64,000 nt of DNA from Tubulanus polymorphus (taxonomy: Eukaryota > Animalia > Nemertea): NCBI RefSeq assembly GCF_964204645.1, contig NC_134030.1, positions 5,498,778 through 5,562,777 of the forward strand, given 5' to 3'. The translations under genes and the position numbers were made by a program. This document shows, one piece after another, positions 1-11,667 of the stretch (within the stretch, counting starts at the first letter, position 1; every line of letters starts with the position of its first letter). Under the pieces are notes generated by a model, which was not told where the DNA came from, searched no databases, and saw nothing but the letters and a program-made list of their open reading frames with translations.

Positions 1-2
1 GT

Positions 3-98
3 TTAACGGACACGACGGACCTGCGGCCGCCGCAACTTACGGATTTATCAGTGGTCAGCTGCGGTCCCCCGGACCATCGAACAGCCTTGACTACTTGA
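3..98 (+). CDS. Possible C-terminal tail of Hox4/Dfd homeobox exon (partial, runs off window start)
   Basis: GC-rich open frame LTDTTDLRPPQLTDLSVVSCGPPDHRTALTT* ends at TGA 96-98 and is followed by an abrupt switch to AT-rich 3'UTR-like sequence. The ending loosely resembles Hox4/Dfd LT-x-L termini. Identity rests mainly on the expected Hox4 - miR-993 - Hox3 order; no homeobox is visible. Confidence 0.3.
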   Translation, partial: LTDTTDLRPPQLTDLSVVSCGPPDHRTALTT

Positions 99-209
99 CA
101 TTCGTTTCATTTCAAAGAGATAATAATATTTATTATGTCATCAACTTCATTGTCATCATCATCGTCATTTGTGATCTCGGGTAACCAGTGACCTGTATGT
201 GTATATATC

Positions 210-210
<1 letters not shown>

Positions 211-241
<31 letters not shown>
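211..241. repeat. (TA)n microsatellite
   Basis: About 15 perfect TA units. Confidence 0.95.
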
Positions 242-244
<3 letters not shown>

Positions 245-2173
245 AAAAATATATGTATAAGTTATTAAAAACTAAAAAAACGATCGTCTGTGAATTCGTG
301 CGTGTAGTGTATCTCGTAGAATATAGATGGCGTTCCGCGTAATGCGTGGTTCGAGTTGAAGAAGCCATCATTTTAGGCGCATACGTAGAACTAATCGGCG
401 ATTTCATCGATATGAAATTCAATGTGTACATATATGTTGTCCGTGTGTTTTACTAGCTCGAAGCTGAGTACAAGTTGGTTGATAAAGTGTCCAATGAAGA
501 ATGATAAACGCTGTCTCAAACCGCGCACGACGAAGGCATCGCTGTGCCTGGTTGGTGTCCGCGCGCGAAAGAAACTGTTCGTTTCGCGTGTATTACGCTG
601 AAAATCGTGATTTTATGTACTGATGAATGTAGCGATAAAAGCCCGGACGAAAAACGATAACATCTGCACGGTGACGTTTCTCGATATGACTCGGCGCCGT
701 CGTCACTGGGGTTCGCGTGTGACTCCACACCACTTACGCGCGCGCTTTCCCCGAAGACTACTTAGGCTTAATAGAACATATATATATATACAATAACATA
801 AAGATGGCTATCTGGGGGCTATATCATTCAGATTCAGAAAACATTGCTAACGTACTTACGTATGATAAAACCTATAGCGTCACAAATATTTTTTACAATG
901 GTTGAACTGAAGATAGTTTTTTATTTTTGGCTATGACCTGTAGGACCAGGTCCCCATAGATACGCAATACTTTCATTTTTTTTCATCATTCTTCAAACAG
1001 TATATTTCGCTTTTGAAACTGTGCTGCTTACTCTTTGTGTCATTCGGTTTTCGCACATTTAGCGGATTATCTCGTCGAGCGCTTGTCGTGAAAAACAGCG
1101 CTGCACTGATCTAGCTGCGAGCAGGCTAATCCCTATATCCAGCATCGACTTCTAAAATACCTAAATCCTCTTTATATATACACTTAATATGGCTTAAAAG
1201 ATCAGGGTGTAAAATGTATAGAATTTAGTCTAGATTTTACTGATTTCCGAGATGTTAAATTAGTTGACTTTATTTTCGCAGATTTTATATGTTACGTCCT
1301 ATAGGGTACGATAGTTATCCGTTTTGCATTTAGATTATTTCGGATCCACTTCTCTGACACTAGCTGCGTAATCTACTTCTATCGTGTATTTTATCATACT
1401 TTTTTTTCATTGGGAATGTATAGTCAGTTTTTCAGATGTTTGTCACGTTGCTGCTCTCAAGCCACGGCACCTATAGAGTCGTCATATTTAGCAATACATG
1501 ACCAGGAACATGGGTCGAATGTCGTAATGTGGTTAACTTTTTTCAGTGTTCAGTGAAAACCTAAGAAATAGAATTTATGCACTCGGATGACGTTAATGAA
1601 CTCTAGCAATTTCTACCCATGCTGTGGCTTGGTATTTGATAGTTTATAGAATAAATGAAATTCGTCGTTCTCCCATATCTCGGAAAATCTTTCACGCTTT
1701 TCTCGCTGAAATATTCGATTTGAATTCATTTCTATTTACTTTTCTACTTGGCGACGGCGGCCCTCATTCGTGGCTGGTTATAATTTCAATTGAGGGAAAA
1801 ATTGTTATTTTATTTCCATTTCTTTTTCTAAATTGCCCCCTCCCTCTCCCTTTTATTGATGTCATTTTTCATAATTTTCGTTTCATCTTTAAACCAAATA
1901 TACCGGCTGAAAAATATATTTGAACGGGCGAGTGCGAACTTCAAAATCAATCATCGCATTTGATGTGTGAAGTAGTTGTTCTTATTTGATTTTCGTGAGG
2001 CCGAATATTCATTCGGTGTCGCTCTGTCAGTGGCTCCGTATTGTTGGCGGAACATGTTATGTCCAAACTTTTCGCGAGGCAATAAATTTTATGATATAAT
2101 AATACATGTAATTCACGTTGATGCAGCGTCCGTGTACTCCCTGTTTCTGAATCATGTCGCCGTTGTATATTTA

Positions 2174-2347
2174 CGGTAGACTTCGCCAAAGTCGGATCTT
2201 CTGGGACCGTAAAACGTGTCCGGCTTGAGTGATATCCGAGTTGGATATTATGTATTTCATAAAAAGTATCGCAAAAATATCTAAAAGAAACATCTGAGTT
2301 GAGAGGTTATCCGAGTTGATCGGATCCGACTTGGGCGGAGTCTACTG
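2174..2347. mobile_element. MITE family A (Tc1/mariner- or pogo-like non-autonomous DNA element)
   Basis: Terminal inverted repeats CGGTAGACTTCGCCAAAGTCGGATC versus reverse complement CAGTAGACTCCGCCCAAGTCGGATC; TA on the left flank; internal ATCCGAGTTG subrepeats. Confidence 0.8.
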
Positions 2348-2745
2348 ACGCGTAAGCGCGGACATGACCTGACTACGACTACTTCGTATTTGAGAGTAGT
2401 TTCTACTATTTTTAAGAGCTCAACCTACTCCTGAAAATATCCTCGAACTTCTAGTTCATTTTCAATTAAACTACTACTATATTTGTGATGTCAAATTCCT
2501 TTCATCTTTTGGTGAAAACTATTATATACGATTTGAGATATCAGGAAGCCTGGTCTGATGCACGTATAAACTAGAGAACACCATACTCGAGTCCATTGTG
2601 CATGCGATGTGAAATACATACCCGAATATAACGAGTGATTAGTGCCCTGTCGAGAAATTACCTTGCTTAGGAATAATCTGTGGACCATCGAGGTCAACAC
2701 TCTAAGCGAAACATACTTTGTTTAACCGTTTGAGCGCCCTTACTG

Positions 2746-2797
2746 TAAGATTGGGTGTGGTGGTTGAGCCTAAGATTGGGTGTGGTGGTTGAGCCTA
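2746..2797. repeat. Perfect 25-bp tandem duplication
   Basis: TAAGATTGGGTGTGGTGGTTGAGCC occurs twice, at 2746-2770 and 2771-2795. Confidence 0.95.
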
Positions 2798-4745
2798 GTG
2801 CAGTGATGTGTATATTTATCAGTTAGTCAGTGCTCTGAAGGGAACTGGCGATTGGGAAATATGTAATCTCATTCCAAAACAAAATATGTCGCAACATCGA
2901 TTTTTTTTTCAAATATATCGTGGTTTTTAGGAGTAAATATAGATTTTAATGTCAAGTCAATGTTTACAAAAATAAATATGTTTATACAAAAATATTCGAG
3001 TGTTCGTATGCTGTTTTTCTCTAGTTGAGGATTTTCTACACGAGAGTTGATGACGTAACACTAATGAGCAACAATGACGTCAGCCAGGGTTTCATGAGAA
3101 AGTTTAAGCTTAAAACAGTTAAGTTCGAATTGTTGTCCTCGGCGAAAACATCGTCACAAACAGCAACTAAACCAAAAATTTGAGTTTCGTAACCTAGTAC
3201 TCTCTAATGCACCCTGAACGTCACAACACAGCATCAGCCTGCTGGCCTTACCCCCGGGATAGCTAAAATCAAGTCGAGTAGTGAACGCCCGACCCATCCA
3301 GACCCTGACCTCTATTGAACTTCTGACTGGTCGCAACCGGAAAAGCATATAGCTGCACCGGATATCGAGGTTGAGAAGTGTGTCTATTGTCCATATCGGT
3401 AAATTATCATTATACAAGTTATCACGGTCTTAGTCGTCGGAAACGCTAGTTTTATTACCGCGTTCAAGTCGTGATTGTGAATTTATTTGTAATTTTCTAT
3501 GGCGCTGCTGGTTCAGTGTGATTCATGTGGAGGGTCTCGTCGCGGTGAGAGGTTAGATACGTTATCTATGTGTATTTGAGTTTGGTCATCGATTCGATAC
3601 AGAACGCATATTATACTCCCTTAGAGAATATCGATAAAATCTGAGTTGAGTTTCAACTCGAGCTATCCTAATCGTTCGTATTTCGAATTGAGTTATAATC
3701 CTTCGGCCATGGAATCATTTTTATTAGGCAAATATTTGGTTAAACCATCTTATTCCATGGTTAAACCACGATCCGCGAAACAACTGCAAACCGAAAAACA
3801 TTACTGTTTTCAAACATTTATAGGCATCCTGAATACCTTTAGGAAATCTATTTGCAAGATGTAGCGTTGAAAACCTAATACTTATATGCATACGAACATG
3901 ATTTGGCTTCCGGGGCGTCTTGGAAACATGAAAAAAGCTGTGGTTTATGCGTTGGATTTTACGATGGAACAAACATTTTTTCTTAAAACATATCATTACT
4001 ATGGAACAAAGCTTTTTAGTTATATTTGGAATTGGGCACGAGCAAGCTGTCAAACTGCGCACGCTGTTATTCCCACAGTGAACTCTTCATGAGACAGCGG
4101 TTTCCTTTGATGTCATTAGAAACAAGAAAAATTGAAATCCGTGCGCGAAATAATTAATCAAGACCGGTTTTGTTTTGTGGTCGGAAACACTATCATTCAA
4201 GGAGAGTCGTTTTGCATTTGAATACGTCCAGACCTCGGTCCAATCAGGGTGATCATTATTAGAATATCGACTCGTTTATTGCAGTTCCGAGCGCTTTACC
4301 GCCTCTTTTTGTGCGGACCTTTCGAACTGAAGATAAATAATCGTTATATTTATCACGTTTCGCGTCGTTAGAATTAATGCGTATTAATAAAGGTCATCCC
4401 CGGTGAGTCTGAGTCGCTAAATCCATCGACGTTGAAATGAAGTTCACTTTACCAGCATTTGGACTTCGACGCTGCATTCAGTCTCCCCTTTGTCTTTGTC
4501 CATTTAGAACCATATTCAAAGATTGAAAGTAAAAACCATGAACAATTTTTTATCATTCACGAATTTGCTGAAAATTTCGCGCTCTTAACAACTGTTTGTG
4601 TGGGACGGCATAAAGGAAAGTAACTGCCAAAATAGATAGGATTGATCTTGAATGATCTTATTCCTATACAAGTGTCTCCCTATTATAGCACTACAGGTAT
4701 ATCAGATTTCTCCGTCTAAAAGTGTTGGAGCTGTCAACTGGTTCT

Positions 4746-4854
4746 GGATCCAATTCCACAGAGATTATTTGTAAAATTTGACTCTAAAGTTAAAACATTG
4801 AAAATGAACTGATTTTCAGAGTAAACCTTTACTCACAACTGTGAAACCGGGCCC
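4746..4854. mobile_element. MITE family B copy
   Basis: Imperfect TIRs GGATCCAATTCCACAG / CTGTGAAACCGGGCCC. The interior aligns, as reverse complement, with 11606-11667 and with 15317-15439. Confidence 0.65.
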
Positions 4855-7800
4855 CGATTTTCAGCATTTTGTTGCTATTCTGATTTCATTTACTCGATGT
4901 GTACAGAAATATGAGATATGTTACTGATGGTGTTAAAGTTGCTCGCTGATTAATTTTCTTTCATACGTTTATACTTCAATTAAGTCTTCCTGAAAACAAT
5001 TCAACTCGTTACTGATCTGTCCATAGGTTGATAGCTCTATAGCGTTGAAACAAACCCCCGAGAAAAGTGTCTTCAAATCATTTCGAGACGGCGCTAACGT
5101 CATCCCTTATTGTCGATATTTCTATATTCGTGCGCCCTGATATGATTGATGTTTGTTAGAATAAAACGAAGGGCGATACTTCGCGAAGGGGATCGCGGCG
5201 GCCGATTTATCTTACTTGAGTGCGGTTTCCACCCATTAGATGGTAAAATACGACTTCAAAGGTGCCGCAGCTTTCACCGGAATATTTCTCAATTCCAATA
5301 TGAATTTTAACATGCTGACGCGCCGGAATGAAGATACGAATATCGGTCATATCAATGTTTATACACATTTCTGAGATGAGCGTCTTTCCGTGAAAGAATC
5401 GGTCACTGTTTAAACCCATTTCTGAGGCTTCTCGTGAACAAAAATTATTTCCTAGTCATATGTGACCGTCAATTTGTTATCGTTATAAATTGAGAATTGT
5501 TCGATCGAAACCGATACATTTCTGTTGATGGCATAATTTGCATTGATATGTATCAAAAGCAACAGAAAATCCATGAATTCTTTGCCAATATTCTATCAAT
5601 CTATCTACCACTTGAAGGACACTGAAAACAAGGGCTTGTTATTTGGATGAAATTTTGAGAAAATCTACGCTCCCGTTTTAGCCATGTGGGAACATGATTC
5701 CGAATTCATGGATATTCAAAATGTGTTTTTTTTGTGTGTGAATGAAATCGCGTGAATTCGCAAATATCATTCTTGTCGAATTACGTCGTGAATACATTAA
5801 TTTTAGATATAAATCGTGTACCACGTGATCTGAATTGTACGAGTGTTACTTGTGTTATGTAAAGCGTGTTTGCGCGGAAACAATCGACCCGCTCATTGCG
5901 CGGGAACTCTATCCGAGATGGGCGCGAAAAAAATAAATGTCGTTCGTCGGTGTTGGATTGAGATTACACACTCAGTGGTATAGGTGCTTTTTATACTCAC
6001 TTGCCAGTAGCGGTGCGACGTGGCGGAATTAGGCGGTAGGATTTCCTCGAAAAAAATCATTCTCCCTCGAAGGATGAATTAAATCAACAACTGAATTCAT
6101 ATCAACGATATTAGGGTGAATTTTATTGTTTTTTTTTTTCTTAATCGCTGGCTCATTTTACAAATGCTGTCATTTTTATTTTGCCTCATAAAGGCAGATG
6201 ATGCAATAACAAGTGTGCTTTTTCATGTGGAGCTTATGAGAGACTGGACGAATATCTTCGAGGAGACATTCGGACCGAGGATTGAATCTGGGAGACCGAG
6301 GAGGTTGACTCACTTAGGTTCGGTGTCGGATAAATGATCACATGATTCATTATGTATTTTTCGCCGAATTTATTCGATGGGGTGACACGCTGTGGGTGGA
6401 ACTAGCAATCGCCGATTAAAGGTTCGGTGATAATATCGAGCATGTTTGATTGACCATGCTCAATCTTGTATTTATATGGTTTCGGGGTCCACGAGTCTGA
6501 CTAGAATGCATCGAACGTATATTTTCGGCATTTGATCAATCTGGTTCGTATATATCTGCAACAATTTGATTTGCACACAGAAACCGGCGTCGTGTTCGGC
6601 GCGGTAATTCGCTTTCACCGCTGAGGTCAAGCTGTCCATTAGGCGATTTAGTAAACGACCTCGATACGTATCATTTCTGTAAATACAATGCCGCAATCCG
6701 CGCACCGATCTGATTGAAAAGGTCGTCGCATAGATCTGCGGAAAAATTGCGATTCGATTCGCGTTTCGAAACGGTGTTTAATTGGCCCTAGCTCCCATCC
6801 GTCTTGCGTTGTAAATCCCGACTTGATGAATCTTTTCCTTTGACAAGGTAGATTCGGCGCTCGTCTAATTTATGAAGACAAATGTCAAGACTAAAACTTC
6901 AGCCATTACTTCTTGATTGCATTTCCTCGTCATCAAAGTTTTGCCCTCTGAGTAACCACTTTGCGGCCTCATATCTTAAGAAGTCATCCGACGACGCATT
7001 CCCCTGTTATGTATATTGATCGTATTGAACGCCACCGGCGCGCTCCATCCAACGACGAATTTTAACCGGTGATTTTTTTCCGGCGTCGATGACAACGGAG
7101 TTAATTACGAAGCGTCTGCCTCGTCGGCAGAGAGAGAGAGAGATATATACACGCAGGAAACGACAGCGATGCTTCTTCGCCGGTATTCCCAGTCGGGGTC
7201 GATTAAAATGAAATAAAATGAAACAAAAGAATTAGTTGGTTTTAATGGGGCGCGTGAATAATGATAAATCACCTGCATTTACCGAGAATATGTCGCTTCG
7301 CGATCTTTTTCATTTCAGAAATTGTTACATTTTTCCCCGTTCGTCGGTAATTAGAAATCGACGAGGCGACGATCGATTTTGATTTAATGAAGTGCTCGGT
7401 CTAGCGCATGCGGTGACAACGGGAAAGTAACGCACCAATCCGCCCGAAAATTAGACTGAATCTCCCTCTTGTTTTCGAAAAGTTTTCGACGGCACGAAAG
7501 TTCATTTAAACACCTACAGGAAATAAAGATTAATGGGTCTGCCGCGCGTTTCGTGCTCATCGACAAAGAACAATTAACGTTTTTTTTTGTTTTGCGTTTT
7601 TCTTTTTTAATAGAAACGAAAAAAAAATTGATTAAAGTCGAAAACTGATGCAGGAAACTTTTCACTCAGTTATTAGCGGTTTGAATTCGAATCGAAATTG
7701 TTTTTGACAGGTTTTTATCAGCTATGCTAATTCACCACACACGTGCTTAAAACGGATCGATCGACAGATTGATCAAAACTGTCGTTTTTGTTGTAATTAC

Positions 7801-9969
7801 GAATGAAAATAGAATAATAACATTCAGAACTTCCCGCAAAACTCCAGAAATCGTTCTTTAAGTAAATATCGAATGTATAATTCTTATTTTTAGGCCTTTG
7901 GTTTACCATGGCGACTAGGATGAGTGGTTTCGATGGCCTACTTCGTAAATCGGTAAGTATTCACTTAAGAAAGTTATACGCCAATGGGGAGGGGACTTTT
8001 TTATGTGGACAAAAGAACTGGATTAAAATCAAGCCATTTTGAAAAAAGATAGGTAAGTAATCATATAGGAAACTTAATACGCCGATAGGGGCTTTTTGTA
8101 GGCGTTTTGATGCTGTCAAAATAAGGAAGATATTTGGAAAGTGGATGAAAATGAAGGTTTTTGGAAAAAAACTGCTAAAAAATAATGGAGAAAGATTTGA
8201 AGGGTTACTCAATTGAAAACACTTACTATGCTTTATGGATTTCAATCCTCAACGAAAAAATTCGTATAGAAGTTCCCGGTTTCTCATAATTTGTGCTCTT
8301 TGTGGAGAATATACATTTTTTGCGTAAAATCTCATCTCGACGATGTGAATAATAGCCATGTCCGGACTCCTAACGGCAATTCGCCGAACTAACCGCGACC
8401 CGCGCATTGCGTAACCGTGATGAAAAGTTGGAAAATGACGAATTGCGAGCATGACGGCATAATTAGTATCCATGGAAACAAAGTAAAAACTACTCAATTA
8501 CCACCGGGGAATACGAGAAATAAATAATTGATAATGGATTTTTAAAAATCTTGTTTTCGACGCAGTTCCAGCTTTCATTAAGGGGAAATGCTGAGGGACT
8601 CCTAATGACGTTAAGTGTTAATGGTTTGCGGGTTTCACGTCTTAATGAAACACACTGGATCGACGCTCAAAAAATCACTTTCAAGTTTCGTTGGCTGGGA
8701 TTTTAAAAACGCTCGAAATTGATGGCAACTAGCCCACGCTTATTTTCCGAATGGTTTCAGCGCAGTCGTCGGTCACCAGGCCTGTCACGTAGCTTTTCAG
8801 TGCAGTTGCAAAAAACCAAATAGAACGTAAGCACACTCATGTGTTATATGAAAGGTGATTTTCGTTGAAAAAAATTTAAAGAATACCTGCTGACCAAATC
8901 CAAACATTATATGTCATCTTATCGATAAACGAACTTTCAAAAGTAATCAAACATTCGCATAGACCTAAACGCGTTAACGAACGAAAATAAGATAGACTTG
9001 AAAAAACGCAAATATGTTTTTCCTCAATTACATGGCAAATTACGTCGCTCCGACTACAAATTGTTTATGCCCATCACGGATTGTAAATAACTCAAGCGGC
9101 CGGGACACAATTTAATCAAATCGCACTATTTCATAATCTCCGAGGAATCGTTTGCAGTCGTTGACAGCGTTCAGAAATCAAGGTTTGCCGTGTTGTTGCG
9201 AATCGTATTGGGGATTTTTTCAAGGCTGTATTCCCGGCACGATTTGGTGTTAGTTGATGGCGCGCGGCATTTTTTCGCAGTTTTGAGAATTTATTCTTAG
9301 AGAACGTAAATCATTTGAAAATATTCCATGACAAATCTTTTTCATTGAAATCGGTATACCGATTTCATGAAGTTAATAACTGAATAAGATCTTTCGCTTT
9401 GCAAGAAAACTTATATATATATTTCATAAGATGCTGACTGAGCGTGGATATGCTGATGTTATTCTTTATGAGAATAAATCCTTCTATCGAATTAGAATTT
9501 GAGAAAAAAATCGTTTCTTGCTCGTAGAGTATATATAAGCGTTTGTGGAATATTACTCGACGCAAAAATAGTTTGCCTGCTGCCTGTTGTTTACTTTGAA
9601 CGTTACGCCATCAGATGGCAACTGCTGGAACTAATTTGCACTAACCCAGTTAATTTTCTCGAAATTCCCACTGTTTTTAATTCACCCGTAGTTCAAGGCC
9701 GTGACCAAAATTATTTCGGTTATGATCATCGTTAACATTCTATGTATATATGATTAAATGTAATTAGAATTTTTTAGAACGTAAAAAAGAAATTAGCCTA
9801 ATTGCGAGCTGATATAATTGGTTCTATGGTTTAGCAATGAATATCAGCATTGACCTATTGATGTTTGCGCATCTTCAAGACGTTATTTTAGGAATGATCA
9901 TGATTATTCTGGCGAAAAATTAGGAAAAAGTAGTCCCCTTATTATAATGTCTGACAAACTGACAGCGAT

Positions 9970-9999
9970 GTTTCAGGATTTTATCACCAGATGTCGCTA
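9970..9999 (+). promoter_or_regulatory. Candidate CTCF site with upstream module
   Basis: Core CACCAGATGTCGCTA (9985-9999), close to CCASYAGRKGGCRS, with TGTTTC upstream at the longer spacing. Confidence 0.5.
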
Positions 10000-11599
10000 G
10001 TTTGACGACACGTCGAGGCTTTCAAATTCAAATTTTTCCGTCGCATTAAAAACGATCATCAATTGATGCCTGTTTGCGCCCACCTCTATTTAACATTTGA
10101 ATGCGAATTAACATAATGTCTGCCCATAAATTCATTAGCTATAATGCAATTTAATGCGTTTATTCTTTAATTCAAGAGGTCGTAGATTAAGCTAATTTTT
10201 CAATGATGAGTTTTGAGGGAAATGAGCTGTTGAAAGAATAATGTTATCTAGAATCTATTCTAAGAAATTTAACTATTGGCACCAATTCAACAGTTTGCGT
10301 AATGATCAACTGGTATATAAGAATCATTATAAAACAACCATTGATGAAAAACTATGTCTGTGTTGTAACGATATATAGAGAATCCTACAGTAATAAGACG
10401 AGAAAGATGAAGTCCGATAAGTTTCCTTTAAGCTAGTAATTCATTCATTCGACGTATTGTTGGAAGATGATTTTTAGGTTAAAGTCAAAGATGTCGAATT
10501 ATCATATTATCATATTTTTCATATAAAACAGTTAACAAACTATTGAATGTATATCTGAGCCAATATCTTATTCTTAAGTTTCTAAGCCTTTACTACTGGA
10601 AGCGTTAGCGAACAAATTCGAAATGTTGTTCTTAAAGTTCTAAAAGAGCATTTGCTGCATAAAACGATTAGATTCCTTTTTCATTCAATTCTATGAGATG
10701 TTTTTTCTTCGCATTGGAACTTTCGCTATTGTTAGCAATAATTTATATGAAGAAGAATTTATTTTACAATCAATAAAATAATATCACAATCAATGAATAT
10801 CATCATTGTATTGTATTTTATTCGAATACTGCAAAATTAGATGATATCAATTATTTCGATATATATCATCATAAAAAAGCTCTCAATTCAGTGATTGTTT
10901 CGGTGGTTGAACCATTTCATACGGTATCATAGGCATACTGTTTTGAATAATGTGTTTTTAAACGGCCACCGGTATAAAATCGAAGTAATAAATTTAACGA
11001 TACATGTTTATCGGGTAAAATATTATAAATCTTCAGGGCACTAGAGGTAGAATTTATAAGCGTGTCGGCCGAGAGGTTATGAAAATATTAGCTTATAATG
11101 GTTTCGTAATAAAGCGTCTTTATGGGCGATAAATAATCATTCAAACACTCAACAGCCATTTGATATGCGATATAAGTAGTATTTAACAGGCGACAAATTG
11201 TTCTCTTGATTTATTCACATACGCAAACTTCGATAAATAAATGATTTAGAACAAATCGAAAGCTTGTCAGTGTATACGTGTAATCGCTTTTTACTTTCTC
11301 TCGTAAAATAATAGCGCGATGTTTTATGGTGCAATAAGATGGCGGATTGATTTAGGATGGCTGGCTACCGGATTTCCTCATAGTGCAAACACATCATATA
11401 TCAAAATACACATTAAACGCCGTTTTATGTTGCTATTATTCAAATTAACGACCGAAGTGTCAGGCTGGCTATGCCGTAGTGCTGAACTCAGTCCTATGCC
11501 GTAGTGGTTAAATCTTCCAGTTGATTTTCAAACAAATCGACCGCATTAGTAACAGCCCAGCACCTTACTGTAAATTAGTTCTCTAGTTGTTGCCAGAAT

Positions 11600-11667
11600 C
11601 GAATTAGTTCATTTTCAATTAGTTAACTCTAGAGTAAAATCTTATCTGATGACTGTGGAACCGAACC
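11600..11667. mobile_element. MITE family B partial copy
   Basis: AGTTCATTTTCAATTAGTTAACTCTAGAGTAAAAT...CTGTGGAACCG matches the reverse complement of 4746-4812. Confidence 0.6.

Noticed and set aside
600-660. CTGATGA...GAAA hammerhead-like core (also reverse complement at ~58225-58240)
   Set aside because: The required stems and a valid NUH cleavage triplet cannot be formed.
2746-2797. CRISPR-like repeats (also the 13-bp direct repeat at 11469-11506)
   Set aside because: Only two copies, no spacer array, and a eukaryotic context.
3306-3321. Perfect nuclear-receptor DR4 (reverse complement AGTTCA-atag-AGGTCA), and near-DR5 motifs at 13586 and 41308
   Set aside because: About one direct-repeat match at some spacing is expected by chance in 64 kb. 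The DR5-like motifs have mismatches, so no RARE is claimed.
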